Assembly: GCA_051294375.1 (NCBI GenBank)
Contig: CM119269.1
Location: 19,753,936-19,817,935 of the forward strand
Length of the DNA stretch: 64,000 nt
Direction: 5' to 3'
DNA from: Paraspadella gotoi
Taxonomy: Eukaryota > Animalia > Chaetognatha
The notes under the pieces are model-generated. The model worked only from the letters and a program-made list of their open reading frames with translations. It was not told the origin of the DNA and made no database searches. Shown here piece after piece: positions 53,272 through 64,000 of the stretch (the stretch's first letter is position 1; each line of letters begins with the position of its first letter). Made by a program: the position numbers and the translations under genes.

Positions 53272-56200
53272 GTCGTCGCAAAATTCGTGAAATAAACGAT
53301 GTGAGACGAGACAAAGATGACGACGACGAATAAGTCGAATAAGTTGAATAAGTCGAATAAGCCTAATATATATATATTTATATGTATATTTATATATATA
53401 TATATTATAGTAATAAGTCGAACAAGCCCAAAAATCAGGTAAAAAACAATCTCGGTAACGACGTGGAAGATCAGTAATGACGTCAATGACGACTCGGTTA
53501 TTGCTCTCCTGTTCATTTTGCTAATTTTTGCTACAGCATTAATATTAACATCTATAAAAGTTAACTAAGTTAACTAAGCTTGAATGTTAGATCACCTCAC
53601 AATTTTGGTTAAACTTTGAAAATGTATTAAAGATGCGCTCCGTTTCACTGCTTTACCGTTCCTTGACGTCAAGGACATTTCAACTGTTTTTGCACCTGAG
53701 CTGCGTTGATGCTCGCACTGTTTGAGTGCTTTTACTTTATGGAAATTTTCAATAGGAGATGGGGCCAGGGCCCTGACTGTTTTGATGTTTTCAACAGGGA
53801 ACAGGATTAAAGGGGAGATTGAATGAACCCTCGGTGTTCGCTCCATGATGGTTTTGGTTAAACGAAGCGCTAATTTGCTGAGAGAGTGCGAGTGAGTGAG
53901 AGAAAAAAAGAGAAAGAGAGGGAGAGAGAAAGAAAGTTAAAAAAAAAGAGAGAGAGAGAGAGTGGGCAGTTTTGCCCTCAAGAGAGAAAAAAAAACTCAT
54001 TTCCATTCTCTCTTTTTTATTTTCTTTTTCCTTTTCATTTCTTCCATTTTTTATTCGTTGCTTCTTTTGTTATTCGCCGGCGGAGCAGAGGGAAAAGTAG
54101 GCAGGAATAAAAAATTCCAACTCTTTTATAGCACGAACGGAAATTTTCAGTCAGAAATACGAAAAATATGGAGTCTAATAAAAAAAAATGAAGTAAAAAA
54201 AAAAGTATTGAAGAAAAAATGTATTTGTATTTTGATGTTATAGCGGATTTTTCACCGATCTAACACCAAAGGAGTAGTTTTTTTTTAAATTATAATATAA
54301 CCCAATTTGAAGAAGCCAGCTGCTCTGTGAGAGATTTTGATTTGCTATGAAATCTTTATTACAAGCATTATGAAGTGAAAAAGTCAAGGAGGCTTTCATT
54401 CACCATAGCTTTTCCAAATGAGCAAAATAGCTTGTTTATTAAATGAATGGATTATTTTTATTTGGTTTTTGTTTTTTGTTTGTTTTGTGTGATTCTTCGT
54501 CCGATTGAAAACAAAATGTCACCGAAAGTCCGTTCAGAACAAAAAGGTCGTCAATATCGATTAAATCGACGGCGACGAGTTTCCCTTTTGTTTCCCTTTT
54601 GTTTCCCTTTTGTTTTTTTTTCTTCAATTTATTTTTTTTTCCTCACTCATTTTAATTGCAAACAAACAGGAAAATTAGAAAAAAAAAGTTTAATGTTGTT
54701 AATTAAAAGGCCATCTATTCTTTCCTGGTTGTGACGTTGCTTTGGCTAATGGATTGGCGAAAGGACCCTTCGTATTTGACAGCTACTTTCATGTGTACAT
54801 AAAGTATTATATATATTGTGGCTAAGGCGCTCAGATCTCAATGAGCTAACCGGTCACGACTGCACTTCAGGACAAATTCTATTATAGCCCGATAAGTATA
54901 ATTCGGTATTGTTATGAAGTTTAAAATTCTTAACTTGTCAGTTGAAAAATCGTCGTCGTCGTCGTCGTCGTCGTCGTCATTGACTCTTTTCATTTGTAGC
55001 CGTGAGCTATACTTTCATCACATCATCATCATCATCATCATCATCATCGTCGTTGTCATCTTTGGTTAACCAGCGATAAAAAAAATAATAAAAAGGTAGA
55101 AACGTTGAGGTTGACAATGCAAATGACAGTGATGACATTGACGTCGCCAAAGACGACGACCACGACAAAGGCAAAGACGATGGAAACTCCGTTTTTGATT
55201 TCGGTTTATGTCGTTGCCATGGAGATGAGTGGAGGAAAGGAAATAGAGAGAGAGAGTGAGAGAGAGAGAGAGAGAGTGAGAGAGAGAGAAAGGCTATTTC
55301 ATATTCAATTCATTCCTGCTCACACTTTACATTTTTAGATGAACTGACAAAGAAACGTCAAAGTACACGTTTTTTTTTTCTGCATATAAACGTAAAATCG
55401 GAAAGAATAAAGGAGACGGGACGTCGGTGCAAACGTCGATTTTTCCGCGCTTTTTTTCTTTCTATATCCATTTGATTTTTTTTATTTTTTTTTATTTTTT
55501 TTTTGCAAATTCTTTTGTCGTAACAGATCCATTTGTACCCTCTTACTGGACCTTATTTTAAATAAATTACAAAGTTACACAAATATATTGTTTTTTATTG
55601 CGAATAACTTGTTAATATGATTATATTTTAGTAAATTTTTTTAGAAATTATTTACGTATTTAATCCCTTTCACAACAGAAGGCTATATTTCTTAGATCCG
55701 CAAATATTTCCTATTTTTCTTTCGTTCTTAGATTCTTAGTTGGCAGAGTTTATAGTAGCGGATTTCTGAATCGATTTTCCCCTTCGATTTCGCGGCAACT
55801 TTATTCAGCAGGAGAGAATAAAAGGGAAAGGAGACAAAAAAAAAATCCGGAGATGGAAAAAAAAAATATCGCGATAAAATCGGAGAAAGTAGAAGAAGAG
55901 CGGGGAGAAAAATATCGCGTTTGATATGCATCGAAAGAGACTAAGTCTAAGAGAAAGAATAAGAAAATTCTATAACGTGAAAAGGTTCTTAAGAATATAT
56001 CCTTGAGTTCTATGCGCGATATCTCGGTAGGGTTTGTAACGAGATTTTAACGGGAATCCGTGTGAAAGAAAAGAAGAAAAAAAATGGCCAATAGATTCGT
56101 TGTTGTAAATTCCCTCTGGAAATCTCGATTCGACCTTCGAAACTCGATTTCAATCCTTTCATCTCCCTTTTTAACTTCGCTTAATCTCTTTCCTTTTATA

Positions 56201-59200
56201 ATTGTTTAACTGAAATTAATTTCACTCCTTAGTCCTCACGTCTCTAATTTAACACGTTTAATCTCACTCCTTTTTTTTAAATCGTTTATTCAAACTTTAA
56301 TTCACTCCCCACGTCTCCCTTTAACTGGGCTTAATATCAACACTCCTCTTTTAAACGTTCGACTTCAATTAATTTTACTTCTCTCATCTTCGCGTCCTAA
56401 TTTCCTCACAACCTCCGTTTTGGCGTTTAACTCGTTTAATATGATTTCTTTAATCTGTACTCGGGATTAATTTCCTTTCGCCAGTCTTTCCCTAACCTCT
56501 CACTTTCCTTCTTTTCTCTTTTCATTTTCTTTAAATTCGCTTTGATTCGATCTTTCACACTCGCGTTTAATTCAAACTCGATCTCTCCCTTCTTACCCTT
56601 TCACTGCCGCTTCGCTGACTTCGCTTTTAATTTTTCACCTCAGTAAATTGAAACTTTCTTCCTTTCCAATTATGAATACAAAGCTAATTTTATGATAAAT
56701 CCTTCCTATTCCAACATTTTTAACATTCACCCTCACTATCAAAACACCAAATCAACCCAACCTCATTTCCTCCCTCGTAAAATAACGAAGCAAAAAAAAA
56801 AGTTGTTAAAAAAGAATTAAAATTAAAAGAAAAAAAATATCGGGAATCGATTTTTCTTTTTTTTTTTACTGTGAAGGAAAATGTCGATAAAAAGCTAAAT
56901 GACCGAAGGCGCTGATCGAGGTGGCTGATTGTGGAAATGACCACGTAGTCAATAAAAGTGACAACAGTAACTTTTAACAAAGGTCACAACAGAGTCCACG
57001 GGTTCGAACGAGCACGAAAGACCGCCTTCTTCACAGCTTGCAAATCTTCGTCTTTCTCCCTTTCACTCAACCGCCTTCTCTCGTTCCTCACTTTCCCGTC
57101 CTCACCTTTACCGAAACGACTTTCCTTCTTTTCACCTTTTTTTCCACTTAGAGCGACAGAGATTTTTTTCAATGAGAGGGACTCAGTTGCGAAGGCGACA
57201 TTTTAGGCGGCAGAGAGAGAAGGGGATTCCTAGGTGCACCTGCTATGCGAGGTCCTGAAAATTCTTGACACCAGAAGACCTTGGGTCTTGAGATTAAGAA
57301 AGGACTTTGAACAGCAGGCACTTGGAAACTCCAGATGAAACTTACGAACAAGAGGAAGTGGAAACTTCGTAATCTCCGAACCGCCTCTTGCCTCGTAGCT
57401 GTAGCAGCTGCGCAAGTCTTGTCACGATGGCCTTTTTTATGCAACTCCGTTCCCCGCTCCGAACTCGTCATCCGCTCGGTCAGGATATTTTTAGAGTTAA
57501 TCCTCTCAAAATGTTATTAGAAATCTGTCCACGGCCGACAGTCAATAAAATTCGGCGACTTCGAAGTTGTCATCGTTTTCGTCGTCGTCGTTGTTTTCGT
57601 CGGCCTCGTCTTTGACCTTGTCGTCGTCCTTGTCATTTACTATCCTTGAGACAAAATTGTATTTAAGCTGTCTTTGTAGCCCTTGTCAGTGTTCGTTGCT
57701 ATCATTTTTCGTTGAGGTTTTTTTTGTTTTTTTTTCAGTCGTCTTCATCCTCATCATCTTTGCCTCAGTCGTCGTCATCGTCGTGGTCTCATTTTATTTT
57801 CGCTTCGTTTCCGGTCATCCCCTTTGCCAATTTTCTATTCCCCATTTCCTAATCTTCATTCCCCACTCTCGTCGGGGATTTTTTAAACATTTTTCCCATC
57901 TGCCATCCGAGAGTTCCCATCTCTTTCCCTTCGATCCCATTTTCCTATTTTTAAATTTCGTATTTTTAATTTTTTTCCCCCCCTTTTCATTTTAGTCTCT
58001 TTTTTCGTCGCGAGGTGAAAGTTAATTTGATCTCCGGTTGAGAGAGATATTTTGAGACACAGGAAAAAGGAGAGGAAGGAGGAGGAGAAAATAAAAGGAA
58101 AAAAAAAATAGGGAAACGTAGGCGAAGAAAGGTGGTCGGGTCAAAAAACGGTTGAATAGAGAATTGAGAAGGAAAAAAAAAATTTAAAACGACGACGATT
58201 GAAAAGAGGGAAAAAAAAGGAAAAAAGGATCGATGGAATAAAGTTGGGAAAAAAGAGGAGGAGGAAAGGAAAGGTGGAGGAAGAAGAGGAGGAAAGGGAG
58301 GAAGGGTGAAAGTTAATTTGGTCCTTTTCCGATTCCGGACCATATGCGCGAGATGGAAACCAGAGTGGGAATGGAGAAGACGAATGAGAGGAGAGAGAGA
58401 GAGGGAGAGAGAATGAGGGTAATCCGATAAAAGGAAAAGAGAGGATGGGGAGAGGAAGGAAGAGGGTGGTGGATTGGATATTCGATAAAAGGCAGGGAGG
58501 GAGGGAGGACGGGAGGGGACGAAGAGAAGAAGTTAAAGGAGACCGAGGAGGAATATCGGGAGGAGAGATTCGAGGAGAAACCAGAAGTTTTTCGCCGTCG
58601 GAAATGACAAAATGACATCGAATGACAAACGACAAACGTCATCAATCTCGAAATTCGTCAGCAAAACGCAAAACGTATTTCGTGCCATTAGTTTTGCGTC
58701 AGGATTCACGCCCTTTCATGACGTGGATCTCTTAAATGAAATTTATACTTGTCATCTCGGAATTCTTTATTCTATTGTCTCATTGCGAGAGAATCCCAAA
58801 GGCTTCTTTGTTTATCTTCGCTGTAAAATTTTATCAATTTGTGAGTTTGACATTTCGTTTCGAGTTGACGTCAAAGTCAAAAATTAATTTGTTCATCTAA
58901 ATTCGAGTTTATTCCAAGATTTTTCGTTGAGAGGTAGAGAGCAAAAATAGAGATATGGTACAAGGCAAACAGATATCGAGAGAAGAAATAGAGATTTGGT
59001 ACAAGGCAAACAGATATCGAGAGACTGAGAGAAACAAATTTAAATTTTACTCAGTCCAATTTCGGCGCAAAATCGATAATTTTCAATTTATTGATTTTTT
59101 CCGAGTAATTCCTTCGTTACTCGCATTTTTTAATCAAAACTGAATTTGATCCGCATATGTCTGCGAATTTTGCCAAAAGCGACTCAAGGCGAGCTCATCG

Positions 59201-59882
59201 GCTGTATTAGTTTCTCGATCCTGTTGATATTGGTCGTAGTATCAAGAGATTGGCCTTCAAAGCACGCCCTTCCCGGTTTTGAGACTCCAACTCTGACAAG
59301 CGTCACGCCTTTACTCCACGCCTGATTCCTCAGCCTGGATTTCCGCCTGATCCGAAGCTCCGGTTTGAATCGAAGCGAAATAAATTCGACATTTATTGAG
59401 GAAGGAAAAAAGATGATTGCCTGACAGGATCCAACTTAAAACATTTCGTTGGTGACCGCAAATGTGACTTTCTCAGCCAAGTCTTTTTTGAGATTCTCCC
59501 TTGTAATTTCCCACGCTCCCTTGAAATTTGTGACTCTTCCTCGTATTTTGGGCGAGTTTTCTGGTTTTGTTTTTCAAATTCTTCTTTGGAGGAAAACAAC
59601 AGAAAAATAGAAACAACGACGACGACGCCGACGACGACGGCTAAAAATTTCCCTTCATTTTCTGTCTCATTCTTTTCTCTTTTTTTTACTTTTAGTTTTC
59701 TAAATTATAAAATTAATAAGAAGTTGCATTACCAATTGTGGTTTTTTTTTTTTTTTGCTCTCTGACGAATAACGAGGTATTTTATTTAGACAGCTATAAA
59801 AACTTTAGACTAAGCCTAAGGACTTTTCCAATATTTTCTTTTCATCGCCATCCGATGCAATTAGTCGAAGAAGAAGAGCTAA

Positions 59883-59931
<49 letters not shown>

Positions 59932-62157
59932 TAATGACGACCGTGACAACTAAGCCGTTTTCAATGATGAATTAGAATGTATTGGAAAATGTACAATGTA
60001 CATGCATATTGAATAATGTATTTATTTATTTGTCATAAGTAATCGTATAGAAAAGCAACGAGGCCGAAAGTAAAGACGACGACTTAGACATAAAAATGGA
60101 AAAAAATGGACATTAGTAGAAAGAAAATCATCAAAGACGATAAAAGAAATGGAGGACAACTAAATCTACGTACGACAATGTGAAAGACGAAAATAATGAC
60201 AACGACAATGATGAAAAAGAGAATGACGGTGTTTAAAGGAAATATGACATGTATAAGGAAATACAACCATGTCAATTTTGACTATTAGTACGAAAAAAAA
60301 GATATAAGGAAGACCCACGTCATTGACAAAGACGACAACGACGACGCTGACGACGACGAGGATAATGACGACGAACTTCGATAAAGACGCTGGCCCCCAG
60401 AACTCGCCGGAAAGAATGGAGGCAAAAGGAGAAGGGCTGTTAACGCCTGACTGAGGCTGCGATGGCGCCTTAACTGCAGGAGGAGAGAGACCCGGGCAAA
60501 GGAAGGAAGAAAAAAGGAGGAGGAGGAGGAGGAGAGATGCGAAAGAAAGAAAAGAAAATGAGAAAGAAAAAGAGAAGAAGAGAGAGGCTGGGAAGGAGAT
60601 GAAAAAAGAAAACACGAAGAGAGGAGTAAAATAAATAGAAAGAGAAATGGGAGAAAACGAGAGGAAGAGGAGGAGGAGGTGGAGGAAAGGGAGAATTGCA
60701 GCGAAAGAGGAAAAGAAATGGAGGTAAAGAAAAAAGATTAGGAGGAAAAAAGAAAACGAGCGCGAAAAGGGCTAAAGCAATGGAAGCGACATAAAAAAAA
60801 AGGGCAAGCGGGGGAGAAAAAAAAAAGGAAATGAGAAAGAAAGGACGATTAGGAAAAAAAGGAAATGAGAAAGAAAAAGGAATTGGGAGGAAAAAAACGG
60901 AAAGGAAACACTTCTCGGTAATGTGACAAAAAATGCTGGGAAATAAAAAAAAAAAGGAAGACTAAGAAACAGGAAAAGAAAGAAAAAGCCAATAGAAGAG
61001 GCAAGAAAAAAAAAAGGTACGATTAAAACTAAATCAACATTATTCAGGGAATGGGTGTATCAAAGAAAAAGAATCAAAGATTCAAACTTGAAGAGAGAGT
61101 CGTAAAAAGATCTAAAAGACGAAATGAAAAAAAAAAAAACTAGAAAGTTTAAAAGAAGCGAAAGTTGTTGTCGTCGTTGTCGTCGGCGTCTGTGCGCTGT
61201 CGTCGTTAAAGAGAAAATGGGAGATCGAGTAAATAAAGAAAAAAAAAGTATGCGATTTGAAAATTTAAAAAAAAAAGGAGTTTGCATAAATAAAGAAACA
61301 GAACGGATTAAATTTTGATTAGCTTTATGTAAAACTTTCCGAAAAAACCATTGACTGACTGATGGGCACCCTTTAATTTAGTTTTTAAACAAAACATCTC
61401 GATTGAAATAAGTTTAAAAAAAGTCAACTATCAAGAAAATCATTAGACACAAGGAGAAAAAAATCATTTTAAAGGGGAGTAGAAAAAAAAATTGCCATTA
61501 GAAAAAAAATCCTTTTTTATAGTTTCTATACTTCTTTTGCAATTGAGAGGCGCTGCAGCGAAGCGAAAACAACCAGGGAGGCAACAAAAGAACAAGACTT
61601 ACAATTGCACTTTCTAATTTTTTTTGTGTGTGTGTAAAATTAACGTTTTTGCTTTAACTTCTCTTGTGAAGATGACAAAATGTGATGAAATATATTTTAT
61701 CGTACATGGCAGGATTTTTAGGACATGATTCGCGAAATGAGAGGGGAAAATCCAACGCTTACGTAGGTTCTGTTTGTCATTTCATTCGTCGTCTTTGTCG
61801 TCGTCGTCGTCGTGTTCGTCAAATCCGGAAAAGGAAACAAAATTCGCAAAAACATTGCGACCTTCAAGAGGCTAAGAAGACGAGGAGACGAAGACAACGT
61901 CGATGAGAAAGACGACGACAGCAAAGATAAAGATACAAATGTCGAGAGACGACGACGTCGTCGGCGCTGAAATTAAACCGAAAGGCAAAGAGACAGATTA
62001 ATGTCATTGCAACTCTGCGCCGTGGGAGTTAAATTTTCGAGAAGAGAGAGAGAGTGGGACAGAAAGAGGCAGAGAAAGAACGAGAGAGAGAGAGAGAAGA
62101 GAGAGAGAAGAGGAGAGAGGGGGAGAGAGAGAAGAGAGAAGAGAGAGAGAGGAGAGG

Positions 62158-62199
<42 letters not shown>

Positions 62200-63014
62200 T
62201 ATTCTACTAATCTAAAATGTGACAGTTAACACATTCACAAAACATATTGTTACAGAGCGGTAAATAACTTTATGTATAAACAAACAAAAAGTATTAAGTC
62301 TACAAAATTTACACTACAAAATTGAGTTATCACCGAATCCTTTCCGTTTTTTATGTTCCACACAGAAGTTACTTTCTCAATAATTAAGAGAGAGAGAGAT
62401 TCAACATTATGATCATCTCTTATTTACGTCAGGATTCGCCCACGGTTCATTCCTAATCCTTCATTCAGTGTAAATAAAATATATTGTACTGTGATATAAC
62501 GGACAATAATATCACGCAGACCGAGAAAAGAGGGAAAACTGTCACAGATGAATAGAAAAATCGCCCCTTCCGTTCACAACTGTCAATTTTCTCCAGTCAG
62601 CCCAAATTTCCAACGTCACGCAAAATTCACGCAACGGAGTTGTCGATCTTCGAATCTGACACCAAATCCTCGTCTTTCCAACTTCTATCTGACACACATG
62701 ACGCAAAGGTTGACGCTGAACCCGATTCCATATTTCATCGTCGATCGCAGACTCCAACCAAATTCGTTTCTGCTTCGAGAAAAAAGAAAAAAAATCTTCG
62801 ACGTTTATCGTGTTTTCGGTTGACCCTCCTTTCCCGAGGAGCGATATCTCTCTCTCCTTCTCTCGCTCTCTCTCTCGCTCTCTCTCTCGCTCTCTCTTCT
62901 CCCTCCTCTCTCTCCTTCTCTTCCTCTCTCTCTCTCTCTCCCTTCTTCTCTCTCTCTCTCGCTCTCCTCCTCTCCTCTGCTCTCTCTCTCCGTCTTCTCT
63001 CTCTCCTCTCTTTC

Positions 63015-63082
<68 letters not shown>

Positions 63083-63416
63083 TCTCTCTTCTCCCTCTCT
63101 CCTCTCTCTCTCTCTCTCTCTCTCACGCTCTCTCTCACTGTCTATTTTTCTCTTTCCCTCTTTCTGTCTCTTTCTCTTTCTTCCCTTCTTTTTTTCTTTT
63201 TCCTTTTCTCTCTTTATATTTTCTCAAAATTATTTTTTCGACTACACTTTTCAGATACCTGGGTTCTGCCTCCATTTAACTCGATACGAAAGTATAAAAA
63301 AGAAAGAAAGTCAAGTGACTCCAGATAGTAGAGTAGAAAGACGAAATCGAGGAGCGGAGCATTGCAAAAGAAAGAAAAAAAAAGAGTCTGTTTTCGCATT
63401 TATTGTCGCTGGAAAG

Positions 63417-63456
<40 letters not shown>

Positions 63457-63458
63457 AG

Positions 63459-63494
<36 letters not shown>

Positions 63495-64000
63495 GAGAGA
63501 GAGAGAGAGAGAGCAGACACAGAGAGAGAGATACTCGGCCATGCATCTGCATTTTATCGTCAAACGCCAACTCAAGGTCGCATCTGCGTAAACAATCGAG
63601 AGGCAGAGAGACGCAGTGGCGATGTAACCTTCAATTCTCTTTGGCGGCGAATCTCCTTGGTGGAGTGCGTCATTGCGCGACTCATTTGCGCGCAGAAGAT
63701 GCGAGCGAAGGGAGAGGAAGCTCATCATTCAGGTTCATCTGGCGTGGTCCGCCGTTCTTGATAGACGCAGGTGGCCGACTTTATCGTTTATGCGATTAAT
63801 ATTGGTGCTATAAACGAGTAGCTTACGTCTATACATTGTAAAGTGTTTATGTTTTTCAGAGTCATGATTTTGGCAGAAGATATTTATTAGTTTAATAGTT
63901 TGATTTAACTAAACAAAGAATGACAATTCCTTTTCCTGGACCTGTCATAGCTTCTACTTTAAATAGGATATGTAAATGTTTTAATAATTTTACCTGCTTA

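Larger units (their letters stand above)
48684..59020. repeat. Copy B of ~10-kb tandem duplication
   Basis: Starts immediately after the 25-N gap at 48659-48683; colinear with copy A. Confidence 0.95.

Noticed and set aside
62542-63799. Long ORFs of up to 373 aa near the window end
   Set aside because: Dominated by (CT/GA)n; the unique parts show no recognisable domain or convincing splice pattern.

Overview
Eukaryotic (animal, probably spiralian; this is inference) draft-assembly DNA. It is AT-rich, dense in microsatellites and has several N gaps. Almost all ORFs in the supplied track are microsatellite or gap artefacts; the real genes are spliced, and I reconstructed them by hand from GT-AG junctions with consistent phase. 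Contents: (1) a ~14-exon class A GPCR on + (<1-16158), FMRFamide/srw-like, with a Cys-rich N-terminus; (2) an intronless Gly/basic-rich predicted type I membrane protein (18563-19351); (3) a divergent 7-exon class A-like GPCR on - (22139-24879) with no DRY motif; (4) a lachesin/IgLON-like three-Ig gene on - with an unusual Lys-Gly plus Asp/Glu/Cys stalk; (5) a 4-exon JHAMT-like SAM methyltransferase on +, antisense to the Ig gene and either nested in or head-to-head with it. A ~10 kb block is present twice (about 38330-48107 and 48684-59020), separated by a 25-N gap, and is probably a gap-filling or haplotype duplication. Comparing the two copies exposes a 273-bp TG...CA insertion with a 4-bp TSD and a tRNA-like core (a candidate solo LTR of a Helenus-type TRIM), with the empty site visible in the other copy.
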